This document shows, one piece after another, positions 40,544 to 56,460 of a DNA stretch of 64,000 bases. The DNA is from the human T2T-CHM13v2.0 reference genome, Homo sapiens. The stretch lies in the NCBI RefSeq assembly GCF_009914755.1, contig NC_060928.1; one strand, 5' to 3'. The notes under the pieces were generated by a model. It made no database searches and was not told the origin of the DNA. It worked only from the letters and a program-made list of their open reading frames with translations. The first letter of the stretch is position 1. Each line of letters opens with the position of its first letter. The translations under genes were made by a program, and so were the position numbers.

Positions 40544-40634
40544 TTACATCTACACAATGGAATAATACTGACACAAAGAAAGGTCAAGGGCACTCAATAT
40601 ATGGATATAAAAGCCTCTCTGAGATATATTATAA

Positions 40635-41010
<376 letters not shown>

Positions 41011-41240
41011 TAGGAATTTTCTATAGTGCCCAGAAGAAGATAATCATAAATGGTGGCTTGGGGTATCTTTATTTAAAATTGCAGTCCTCTGAGGTAACTG
41101 GTTCTCCAGATGAAGAATATCCTATGGTACGAATTGGTAACATAAAAAAGGGGTTTTCACAGTAGAGTCTTCAGCCCCTTGTTGAAGTTGAGGAAGAGAG
41201 TATTTTAGGCAATGAAGGCCATTCAACAAAGCTGGCAGGA

Positions 41241-41560
41241 GACCGGGCGCGGTGGCTCACACCTGTAATCCCAGCACTTTGGGAGGCCAAGGCAGGCAGA
41301 TCACTTGAGGTCAGGAGTTTGAGATCAGCCTGGCCAACATGGCGAAACCCCGTCTCTGCTAAATATACCAAAAAAAAAAAAAAAAAAAAAAATTAGCTGG
41401 GCGTGGTGGCCGGTACCTGTAATTTCAGCTACTCAGGAGGCTGAGACAGGAGGTTCACTTGAACCCGGGGGTGGAGGGAGGTTGCAGTGAGCCGAGATCA
41501 CACCACTGCACTCCAGCCTGGACGACACAGCGGGACTCTGCCAAAAACAAACAAAAAAAA
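41241..41560 (+). mobile_element. Alu (AluS-like) with expanded middle A tract
   Basis: Full dimer followed by (GCA)n. Confidence 0.92.
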
Positions 41561-42084
41561 AGAAGCAGCAGCAGCAGCTAGTGGGTAATTTGAATGCAAC
41601 TTGTAATGGAATTTTATCTTATGCCAGCTACAAAGAAACCTCATCCTGCTCTCCAAATGCATTCGAGTCTGTTAGGAACCCAGGCAGCCAAGTTTTGTAC
41701 ATTGCGTTTACACATGCCCGTGTATCATGTTATTTCCGAGGTGAGTCCAGTCTCCCCCCGGCATTAAGATCTCCACGTGAGTTTTTCGGGGTGGCCCATC
41801 TGAAGTCTACTCCAGGAGGGCCTGAGGAACCCCGTGGACAGAACTCTCCTAAAGGAAGAGGGAACCAGACAGAACGAATTTGTGCAGAGGGGAGACAGGA
41901 TCTCTAGTAGAGTTTGGTGGCTGCTGCTTGTCCGAGCCCAGGATCACCATCTACTCATGTCTGAGTCCTATGGGAGCAATAACCGAAAGAGCTCTTTCAA
42001 TTGAGAACACTCACCCAATTAGAGGACAAATACACAAAAGAAACCCCTGCAGGGCATTGGGAGAATATAAACAACATTGCTCAT

Positions 42085-42847
42085 CTTCCTTTCCTGAGAC
42101 TGCAGTAACAAATTACCACAAACTAAATTCCACACAACAGAAATTTATTGTCTCACACTTCTGGAGGTCAGAAGTCTGAAATTAAGGTGTCAGCAGCACC
42201 AAACTCTCTCCAGGGCCCTGGGGGACAATCCGTTCCTACCCTCCTCTGTCTTCCGATGTCCCAGCATCGTTCCACATCTCTCAGTTTTCCATTGACTTCT
42301 CCTCTGTATGTCTTCTGTAGTATGTCTGTGTCTTGTCTGTGTGTCTATCTTTTTTTTTTTTTTTTTTTGAGACAGAGTTTCGCTCTTGTTGCCCAGGCTG
42401 GAGTGCAATGGCACCATCTCAGCTCACCGCAATCTCTGCCCACTGGGTTAAAGCGATTCTTCTGCTTCAGCCTCCAGAGTAGCTGGGATTACAGGCACCC
42501 CGCTACCACGCCCAGCTAATTTTGTATTTTTAGTAGAGACGGTGTTTTTCCATGTTGGTCAGGCTGGTCTTGAATTCCCGACCTCAGGTGATCTGCCCAC
42601 CTCAGCCTCCCAAAGTACTGGGATTACAGGCGTGAGCCACCACGTCCAACCCCTCCGTGTGTCTATCTTATAACGATACATGTGATTGCATTTGGGGTCC
42701 ACCTGGATAATGCCGAATAAGCACCTCCTGTCAAGATCCTTAATTTCATCACATCGGCAAAGACCTTTTCTCCCCAGCAAGGGAACATTCACAGATTTAG
42801 GGGTTTGATGTGGATGTCTTTTGGGGGGTCACTTTTTGGCCTACTGT
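42085..42847 (-). mobile_element. MLT1C/D-like LTR containing an antisense AluSp/Sq (42347-42652)
   Basis: GTAACAAATTACCACAAACT...TTCTGGAGGTCAGAAGTCTGAAAT; Alu TSD C(T/C)GTGTGTCTATCTT. Confidence 0.8.
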
Positions 42848-45441
42848 ACCACTCCTATATCCTAACAACAGAGTGAAACCTATAAAAAGGGGGCCATGAT
42901 GCTGTCTCCCTACTTTGCCCTGCACTTTAGCAGCACAGGGTAGCAGTGCCAGACACTGGCAGCAGAGTCCAGGACATAACATTGAAATTGAACTGACTTA
43001 ATCATAAGGATGCAAGATAAACTCCTGTGAGCATTCAGAAATATCTAAGATGAGAAGCAGAGAGGGCTAGAATCCTGCATTATTAGCAAGAGGGGACAAG
43101 GAATACCCTTCGACCTTACTATTTGACAGCTTTGTACATGAAAAAACTAATACACAAAGCCCGTGGTTGGCTTGAAGGAGGTAAGGAAGAGACTCTCTGT
43201 ATCCTCTGGTTGTGACTGTTCAACCCATCCCAAGGGATGTAACTCCCAGTGCAGTGTGCTCTGACTCACAGGGAACAGCCAGCTTAGTGCCTGTCAAGGC
43301 TTTCCCTCCCAAACCCCAGGCAGCTGGATTCTGCAGGCTGGTTCTGGATCTGGGTGGTACTTTCCAGCCCCAGCCTGACACCAGTTTTAAAGGCCACCCC
43401 GGGTATCTATGGGCTCTGGGAGACGTAGGATGGAAATGACCCAAGGCCTGGGATATACACCAGGCCACAGCCAGAATGCAGGCAGTTCAGGCAGCATGTG
43501 TAGTAAATACACACTAAGATGTAATCCAGCAGGCCCCCCTGTACCACGCCCCACAGGTGGCACCAGCGTATAAAACAACCTGACAGCTACGGGCTGGAGA
43601 AGAGACACAGGCTGGCCTGGACAGGGTGTAGACATTGTTAAACACTTAGTTGAGTATCTGTGGGCAAGTCTTGAGATCGCTAAGTAGAATCTGAGCTTTG
43701 TTTCTTTGGTTTTTGGTCTTTTTTTTTTTTAAAGAAAGTACAAATACAAATTATGTGATTCCCTTTTCTCCTCTTAGACTGCCTTGCTCATCTGCTGCTT
43801 GGTCGAAGCCATTTGCTCCTCCCCCACACGCTTTGCTCATCAAGCAACCAGAGCGTTCCTGCCACCTGAGTCATTCTGTCCTGTGCTGCTCTGTCACCCT
43901 GTGAGTGTGAAGCCCCTGCTCCGGCCCTCCAGGAGGAAGGAGGCAGAGTGAAGCCAGGCATCTCTGGAGCCATGCGTTTGGCTTCAAAGTAGGAGGGACT
44001 GGGACTCTTAGGATGGAAAGTCTAGGGTAGGAGGGCAGGAGCTTGACTTTCAGCAATAAGGTAGGGAGGGAGGTGGTTTTACTGCAGAGGACTGGGTTTT
44101 ACTTGCTATGAGCCTGTTTAGCTCTTTAAGAGCTGAACCTAAGTGGTTTTTTTTAAATATAGTTATTTATTTTGGGCTCCAGCTTCCTGCAGTTGCGGTT
44201 TCTGTCAGACTAGTTTGTTAAAAAAAGCACTTAGAACACATACCAGAGGACAGGACGAAAGCAAAATACTGGCACTTTTGAAAAGTGTTGTTTTTACATG
44301 ACTTGAATTTTAGTTCCTACTCAGGGTTAAAGGAAGTTCTCTTCCGAATAAAGAGTGCCTGTTGGGTGAGAGAGGATTTGCAACTGGAGTTGGAGATTCT
44401 GTGTCATTGGAGACATTTGTTCGTATGCATGGGCTTTAAAACACCAAGAAAAAATATACAGGAGAGTCCTTCCTTTTGTTATATACTAGCTGTGTTCCTG
44501 AAAACGTATATGAAAACATTAAAAAACTGATCCCTATTCAGAACGCAACAGGTGAGCTCACTAAAGGGCTCTTACCAGAAAGTCTTATAAATTGAGGCAC
44601 TTGAAGGGCTGGGACTAGGGTGAGGTAAGGAAGGGGATGCCTAGACTCTCGGTAATTAGGATAAATGGTATTTTAATGCAGTATTTTAGCAAATCAAAAT
44701 TAATGCAAAAGAACTGATCATGAACAATAACCAAAATATTAAGTAAAGATAGGATTCACCCCTTCCCCATTCTTTTTGGGGGTTTCAAATATTTGCAATT
44801 GCTTTATTTTTTGTTTTGAGACAGGGTCTCACTCTGTCACCCAGGCTGGAGTGCAGTGGCACGATCATAGCACACTGCAGCCTTGACTTGCTGGGCTGAA
44901 GCAATTCTCCCATCTCAGCATTCTAAGTAGCTGGGACTACAAGCAGATGCCACCACTCCCGGCTAATTTTGTTTGTATTTTGTACTGACAAGGTCTCGCT
45001 ATGTTGCCCAGTCTGGTCTTGAACTCCTGAGCTCAAGCGATCCTCCCGCCTCAGCTTCCTATAGTGCTAGTGTCAGAGTCATTTGAACCAGAACAACTCC
45101 ATTTTGAATAGAGACTGGGTAAAATAAGGCTGCGACCTACTGGGCTGCATTCCCAGAAGGTTAGGCACTCAAGTCACAGGATGACATAGGAGATCGGCAC
45201 AAGATACAGGTCACAAAGACCTTGCTGATAAAGCAGGTTGTGGTAAAGAAGCCAGCAAAAACCCACCAAATCCACGATGGCAATGAAAGTGACCTCTGGT
45301 CATCCTCACTGCTCATTATATTGCTAATTATAATGCATTAGTATGCTAAAAGACACTCCCACCAGCGCACTGACAGTTTACAAATGCCATGGCAATGTCA
45401 GCAAGTACCCTATATGGTCTAAAAAGGGGAGGAACCCTCAG

Positions 45442-45471
45442 TTACGGAAATTGCCCACCCACTTCCCAGAA
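45442..45471. promoter_or_regulatory. MER41B tandem GAS/STAT module: one degenerate site (TTACGGAAA) and one intact site (TTCCCAGAA)
   Basis: Motif match at the position known for MER41B; activity not shown. Confidence 0.5.
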
Positions 45472-45594
45472 AGCTCATGAATAATCTACCCCTTGTTTAG
45501 CATATCATCAAGAAGTAACAATAAGTGTAAGCAGCTGAGCAGCCCATGGCGCTGCTCTGCCTATGAAGTAGCCATTCTTTATTCCTTTACTTTC

Positions 45595-45900
45595 CTTTCT
45601 TTTTTTTTTTTTTTTTTTGAGACAGAGTCTCGCTCTGTTGCCCAGGTTGGAGTGCAGTGCCACGATCTCGGCTCACTGCAAGCTCTGCCTCCTGGGTTCA
45701 CGTCATTCTCCTGGCTCAGCCTCCTGAGTAGCTGGGACTACAGGTGCCCGCCACCACACCCAGCTAATTTTTTGTATTTTTTAGTAGAGATGGGGTTTCA
45801 CCTTGTTAGCCAGGACGGTCTCAATCTCCTGACCTCGTGATCCGCCCGCCTCGGCCTCCGAAAGTGCTGGGATTACAGGCTTGAGCTACCACGCCTGGCC
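45595..45900 (-). mobile_element. AluY inside MER41B
   Basis: Y diagnostics; TSD T(A/G)TTCCTTT(A/G)CTTTC at 45580-45594 and 45901-45915. Confidence 0.92.
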
Positions 45901-46421
45901 TGTTCCTTTGCTTTCTTAACAAACTTGCTTTCACATTACTCTGGATTCGCCTTGAATTCTTTCTTGCAAGAGATCCAAGAACCTTCTCTTGGGGTCTGGA
46001 TCAGGACCCCTTTCCAGTAACACTAGGATTACAGGCATGAACCACCACACCTGGCCTAGAATTGTTTTCATCAAACCAGAATGTAGGACCACTATGTAAA
46101 GAGGCAGTGGGGGATCCATGAGGTCCAGGAGTGGAAAGGAAAATGGGAGTTTAAATCTGCTGTGACCATATGTGGGAGCCTGGACTGACATTCTCAAGGA
46201 GTACTGCTGACACATTTACTTTCTTCTTTTGTTTCTTTATGCCTGGTGGGAAGGAAGTCCTCCTCCCGGTAGAACTGCCTTTGCAAAAATTATAACAGTG
46301 AGACAATTATGGCAGTGAAGGACAGCTGATCTGGCCAACCTCCATCTTACCTTTGGACTTCAGGCTGCCCTTAATTAATCCTAGGCTTAGGCCAAGCTAA
46401 CTTTGGGAGACATCTAGTTTC

Positions 46422-47541
46422 TTTTTTTTTTTTTTCTTTGCAAGAGTCTGCTTTTAATTTTTATTTTATCAAAGAGAATCACTTAAGTCAGTATTCATTT
46501 GAGTAATCTGGCTTAAATTAGGGAACAGTCAACACTGGATTGCCATTTTAAGTTTCCAGATTAATACAAAATTAGTGTCAATAGTATAGGTTAAGCTGAA
46601 AACTTTTATAGTCAGAAGTACGGTGAGACTCAGTTTTACCTATTAAATCAGTTTTATCTATAAATCTGATTTTGCTGTAAAATCACGCTAATATTACACG
46701 CTTCAAAAAACATGCTTTTCCTTTGAGAAACTTTCTACATCTCAGCCGAAATGCCTTAATTTCATAAAATAAATGTTACAATACAAAAATCTTTTGTAAA
46801 AATATCAACTATATATGAATTAAAATCAATCTCTTCTTTTGTTAAAAGTTACCTGTAATTAAGAATGTCAGAACAACTGAGCCCCCATTCTAAAGTTTCT
46901 GTGGTGAAGTCATCTGTATTTCCTAGGTCAGTAAACCCAACAACATAATCTTGTGTTTTCCCATCTTTTACCAGTGCTAGTATGGGAATGACTTTGATAT
47001 GCAGTCTCTCACAAAGGAAAGGTGCTTTTTCCACATTCAGCTTCAAAAATTTGGTCTCGAGGTGTTTCTCGGACAATATCGCCAGAAATCTGTCTAGTAT
47101 TTTACACCTGAATGTGGAGTCTCTGTAGAAATGGCAAACCACTTTTTTACTCTCCTTGACTTCTTGAAAAAAGTCTCTTTCACTAGGGATTTCTCTGTAT
47201 TCCCCATGTCCTTTGGAAAGCCATTCTTGTTTCTGCTGTTGAGCTTTCCTTAGTGCCTCGAGTCTCTTTTCTTTAATGTGTTCCAATTCATCCTCATCCA
47301 TCTGATCCAGTTTTTGAATTTCAGAATCCAAATGTTCTTCCACCAGTTTGGTAGTCTGAAGCAGCTGATTCTCCAGGACTTTGGAAAACATGTCAACAGA
47401 TGCATCAGCTTCCATTCTTCTGAATGGTACAGAGTTCAGCCTGGGTGCTGAGCTCTCGGTGATGCCTGAGAAGTGAAAGAGCAGCAGTTTCAAAAAACAG
47501 GTCCACTCCGGCTTTAACCTTGCAGTAGCTGCCAGCGGCTA
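46422..47541 (-). pseudogene. TXNDC9: Processed retrocopy of TXNDC9 (thioredoxin domain-containing 9 / phosducin-like PhLP3)
   Basis: Intronless coding region with 5' UTR, AATAAA/ATTAAA at 46453-46465 and poly(A) at 46422-46435. Perfect 17-bp TSD GGGAGACATCTAGTTTC at 46405-46421 and 47542-47558. Confidence 0.96.
46849..47415 (-). CDS. TXNDC9: Uninterrupted 188-aa TXNDC9-like ORF of the retrocopy (expression unknown)
   Basis: ATG at 47415-47413. MEADASVDMFSKVLE...GHGEYREI...VVCHFYRDSTFRCKILD...DILNYR-stop, with no frameshift or internal stop. Confidence 0.5.
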   Translation of the reverse strand: MEADASVDMFSKVLENQLLQTTKLVEEHLDSEIQKLDQMDEDELEHIKEKRLEALRKAQQQKQEWLSKGHGEYREIPSERDFFQEVKESKKVVCHFYRDSTFRCKILDRFLAILSEKHLETKFLKLNVEKAPFLCERLHIKVIPILALVKDGKTQDYVVGFTDLGNTDDFTTETLEWGLSCSDILNYR

Positions 47542-48199
47542 GGGAGACATCTAGTTTCTAGTTTAATTGATAGCAACCCTTCCCAAAAATTCAACCGCCT
47601 TTGTAAAGCTAATGAGAGACCACAAGACTAGGATGATAGAGAAGCCTGAATTCTGCTAAGGTGTAGACATAAATGATTGCCAGCCATTATTCTGGGGATC
47701 ACAAGATATCCAACTTCCCCAATTACTCCTCCAGATACCATCACTATTGTATAACCTATGATCGGCCTTTGGAGATATCTTTTCAGGTTTTTTGCATGTC
47801 ACAACCGATGGCTCCACCTGGACTTGGTCACGGTTCCTGTGGCCCCAGCCAGAAGGGGCTCAGTGAGGATGAAGACCATTTGCCACACCCCTATGATTGC
47901 GCCCCCAACCAATCAGCAGCAAGCACGATTGCCTAGCTACCCCTTCCCCTAAACTATCTTTGAGAAACCCTAGCCTTTGAATTTCCAGAGAGATCGATTT
48001 GAGTAATAACTCTGTCTCCCAAGTGACATGATCAGCCTCGTGTCTATTAAACTCTTTCTTTATTGCAATGCCGTCATCTCAGTGAATTGGTTTTTGTCTG
48101 CGCAGGGGGCAGGAAGAACCCACTGGGTGGTTACACCTGGGCAGGTGCTGCTTCCCTGAAGGACCAACTACGCCATGATGAGGAAAAGGGTAGTGTGTG

Positions 48200-48630
48200 G
48201 GTACTTTTCGTTCTGTCCCACCAGATCCACTTTGCTCCCTGCTCTGTGCTTTGGTGAGCTGATCTTCTTGAACTCTATCAGCAAAGATCCCTGGGGTCCT
48301 GTGTTGGAATTGGGTTAGGAAAATGGGAGGTAACAGCAGGAGATCAGAGGTTGGGAGAAGAGAGAGGTCACAGTATTGAGTCCCTGGCTCCTTTCCAGCT
48401 GGGCTTCAGGTCGGCTGTTTACCTAACTGGTCAGTTTCTTTTCTCAGCTCTTCTCTCTGAGCTTTGTAACCACCCTCAATCTCTTTTGACCTAAAGGTGA
48501 TATTCTAGCACTGGCATGCCTCAGCATCCCTTATAGGTTTCCCTCAACCCTTTTGTAAATAACCTTTTAGTAATCTCTCCTCCACTGCCCTCTGTAGGTG
48601 TAGGATCTGTCTCTTGCGGAAGACTCTAAC
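48200..48630 (-). mobile_element. Old ERVL LTR fragment (LTR33-like)
   Basis: Degenerate similarity only (CAGCAGGAGATCAGAGGTTGGGAGAAGAGAGAGGTCA). Confidence 0.45.
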
Positions 48631-49555
48631 ACAAGTCGTGAGTGCCTATCACCAAGCAAAGGCAGGGCGCAGTCCAGGCATCAGGCCCCTTGGCTCTCAC
48701 AGTTACCTTTCCACTCGGAGAATAACGCAACCCTGCCCCGCTTTTCTGGCTTTAGATCCTGTGCACAGTTAAGGGCACCTGTGAATGAGCTGCAGGAAGT
48801 TTAAAGAATGGATAATTCCCATTAGTGTCATCTCTACCTCTTTGGATTTAAAATATTTATTCAAGAATGAGAAGCTTGATCTCATTCCTGAGAACATCCA
48901 ATCACATGCCACTGAGAGGGGAAAGCCCCTAGTCAGCAGAAATAAATACAACTTAGTAATTGTATCACCACTAAGCTTTATGACGTGTTCCAAAACATTG
49001 AAAAGAGCAGGGATTTCCGGCCCCAGACAAGATGCTCTGTGCCTCTGCAACTGAGATGACAGGTGAAGCCAAGAAACCAAGAGGCTTTGCTGTGCACCTT
49101 TAAGTTCGTGTCTCATACCATATGGCTCCCCAGAGTCCACGACACCTCTAATGACCACCTTTTTCTGGTTGAGGAAGCTATATGATCAGCTTTTTGTACT
49201 GCTACATTAAAAAAAAAAAAAAAAAGTGGAGCCAGAAGTTCGATGTGGCACAGGGATTGTGAGCACAGGCCAGCATTGAAAAGCAATGGAATCAAGGATT
49301 GCATGTGAAAGCACTGAGTGTGGGGCCTGGGTTTCAGAGCTGCTTTTCCCCCATCAGCACAACCTGATGGAAGCCTGGTCTTTGTAGAAGGAAGCAAGGG
49401 ACTCCTAATCTCCTTTTAGAAAAGTGCCACTTTCTAGGTTGTTTCTACCCTCCCTCCCTCCCTCTCCTCTTTTCTTCCTTCCTTCATCTCTCTCAACCAG
49501 AGTTCTCACAAGCAGCAATATCAATAGATTTATTTTCTTTTCCTTTTCCAGCCTA

Positions 49556-49918
<363 letters not shown>

Positions 49919-50554
49919 CTATGTGATAGTCAAAATAATGGGCGCCTTCAGGTGGTAAAGAGAGAGATGGGGAGTGTGTGTGTGCTTGCATGCATGTGTG
50001 TAAAATTGCCAAGCTTCACACCAGATTTTTGCACTTTGCTGTATGTAGATTATATCCCAGTTTCTTTTTTAGAATTGGAAGAGACAACCTACCTGATAGT
50101 GATACTGTGAATTAAAAAGTGTCTCCTTCTACTCCTAGCTCCACCACGGAGCTCCCTTACACATTGCTGATCACTGCCTGAAACTCCAGTGTGAGATCTA
50201 CTTGATAGAATGAAAAAAATAATAATTATAAAGCCACAGGAAGTTGCAAAATAAACATACAGGGAAGTCCTATGCTCACTTCTTCTCCCCTAATATTAGC
50301 ATGTTTCATAACTATAGTACAATATCAAAACCATGAAACTGACATTGCTACAGCCATGGACCTTACTCAGATTTCATCAACTACACTTGCACTCTTCTGT
50401 GTGAGTGTGTTTATGGGTCTATGCAATTTTATCACATGTGCATATTCATGTAGCCACCACCACACTCAAGATACAAAACTATTCCATTATCACATTTGAT
50501 AAAATTTTAATAGGAGAAAAAGTCGTATTTGCAGTCCTCTCCCAACCCCCCTAA

Positions 50555-50876
<322 letters not shown>

Positions 50877-51364
50877 ACCTGTTCTTTATTATGCTGAGTG
50901 GAGTGATGATTAGAAGAATAAGAGACATCTTGCTTCCCTGATGACTGTTACTGACCTAGAGATGGCTGTGCAACCTGACTGGGCATTCGGCCCACACAGA
51001 CTGAGCAGAGGATAAAGAGTCTGTGGTTGGGAGAGACATTTTCCCTCCCTCTCTCTCTGCCTCACTCTTACACCCCTCTGTTTCTCCAGGTAAACCTCAA
51101 TAAGGAAGCACTATAGTCTCTGATGATTTGGGCAGATATCTTACAGCCTAGGGAAAACCAACCTTAGGATGAAGCTAAGGACACCTCAGTGAAGGGGAGG
51201 AAGAAGCCTGAGATCTTAACGGTATCTTGAAAAGCTGATTCACACAGTTACTGGAGCCCATCCTTACTCTAGACTTACAGCGAGACAGTGAAATCTCTCA
51301 TGGTTTTAGTCCATTTAAGTTAGGGTTTTCTGTATTTTTCAGCCAAAAGCAAGATAACTGAAGC

Positions 51365-53785
<2,421 letters not shown>

Positions 53786-53806
53786 CTTCCTCAAAACTCT
53801 CTACCA

Positions 53807-54115
53807 GGCCAGAGACTCATGCCTCTAACCTCAGCACTTTGGGAGGCTGAGGTGGAAGGATCACTTGAAGCCAGGAGTTTGGGACCAACCTGTGCAACAA
53901 AGTGAGACCACTGTCTCTACAAAAGAAAAAATAAATAAATAATTAGCCAGGCATGGTGGTCCACACCTGTAGTCCCAGCTACTCAGGAGGCTGAGAAGAG
54001 AGGATCCCTTGAACCCAGGAGTTTGAGGCTGCATTGAGCTGTGATGACACCACTGCACTCCATCCTGGGCAATAGCAAGACCACATCTCTTACAACAAAA
54101 ACAAAACACAACAAA
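53807..54115 (+). mobile_element. Alu (AluJo-like)
   Basis: Dimer with (CAAAA)n tail. Confidence 0.88.
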
Positions 54116-54255
54116 AACTCCCTATCAAAAAATCTAAAATTTCTGTTCCTCCTTAGGAAAATTCGGGCTTTACCTACAAAGAGAGAGCTCAATTCCTGGA
54201 GTGGTTCACTTGTCCACAGTCAGTGCATAAAACTTTTAGTTTGGAAATGCATCTT

Positions 54256-54635
54256 GTGGTGTGGGAGCTGCAGTGTGCACCTCAGTGCCCCCTGGAATGA
54301 AGGACTTAGTCTCCCAGCTGCTAGAAGTGTGGCCAGAAGACAGCTCTCATAGGTCAGCTCTCTTTGGGGATTGCCTCTGATGATAAAAAACTGCCTTGCC
54401 TAAAGTGAAACCTGTTTCCAGGGATGGCCCACATTCAGTGACTAATTAACACAGGGTATAAAGGCCCGACCTCCTCCCTCCTACTTAGAGCAACTTTGCA
54501 GGACTTCTGTTCCAGATCTCCCCATGGGGTTGACTGAAGCCTTCCGTTGGGTCTGCACCACAACTCATCTTCTCTGTTTGTGCAGTCCTTCTTCCTTTCC
54601 TTCCCTTCCACAGGTGTGGAATACTTCCCTCATTC
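54256..54635 (+). mobile_element. ERVL LTR (LTR16-like)
   Basis: TGAAGGACTTAGTCTCCCAGCTGCT...GGGTATAAAGGCCC. Confidence 0.55.
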
Positions 54636-55084
54636 GTTGCAAAAAAATTTTTTCCTTCTCTGTAAAAGGGAGTAATCTCTTCAAAGCATTGTGGATTAAA
54701 TGCATTAGTGTACTTGGAGGCACTGAGGGCAGTTTCCAGCACATGGGGTAAGAGCAGTACTTCCCGGAATAACAGAGAGAGTATTCCTGAATAGCAACTT
54801 CCTTTGTTATACCAGAAGGAACTCCCAGACTCTGAATGGCTAAGGTTCTGCAGTTTCTCTCTGTGGGAGGAGGGTTGCTAATTCTTTCATCCTCATTTGA
54901 GACATTGACCTGCCTGTGTGGGCGGGGCTATCCCCTGTAAATACGTCAGAATATTCTCTGTGCTCTGTGATAATGCACATTACATTACTCCACGACAGAA
55001 CCTATTGCAACACCACCATACAGGTATGTGCCTTATGAATCTTGAAAAGGGTGGATTGTGGTTCATAATGTTTCCTAGGTTTAA

Positions 55085-55410
<326 letters not shown>

Positions 55411-55658
55411 TAGTTTTTTAATCAAACTAGGAACTATCTCTTGAATGTTTTCCTGCTGAACATGTTCTTGGAAACTCTGATCTCTTCAACATAATTATGT
55501 TAATTTAGGAAGATATTTTCCCAAAAGTAACAGCAGGCTAGGAGTTAAATAGAGCGTGCTGGTCAGTAGTTTGTGGCCATGACACTAATAGTCACAGCTA
55601 CTCTTCATCGAGCACCTACTACGTGCCAAGCACTGTGCTAAGAGCTTTGTAAACATCA

Positions 55659-56460
<802 letters not shown>

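Larger units (their letters stand above)
45071..46022 (+). mobile_element. ERV1 solo LTR, MER41B-like
   Basis: TGTCAGAG...CAGTAACA termini; 4-bp TSD CTAG. Retains the GAACCCTCAGTT...GAAAGCT segment that MER41A lacks. Confidence 0.92.
44803..46056 (-). mobile_element. AluJ split by the MER41 LTR (pieces 44803-45070 and 46023-46056)
   Basis: The Alu reads ...TAGTGCTAG | LTR | CTAGGATTACAGGCATGAACCACC. Confidence 0.9.
46270..48135 (+). mobile_element. ERV1 solo LTR, LTR8 family (LTR8A/B-like), split by the TXNDC9 retrocopy
   Basis: Starts (T)AGAACTGCCTTTGCAAAAATTATAAC and ends GAACCCACTGGGTGGTTACA; flanks CCCGG/CCTGG; CCAAT box near 47909. Confidence 0.85.

Noticed and set aside
47416-47493. 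26-aa N-terminal extension of the TXNDC9-like ORF in the ORF track
   Set aside because: It starts at TTG within the copied 5' UTR; the homologous start is the ATG at 47415.
46422-47541. The functional parental TXNDC9 gene
   Set aside because: The copy is intronless, poly(A)-tailed, TSD-flanked and embedded in an LTR, so it is a retrocopy.
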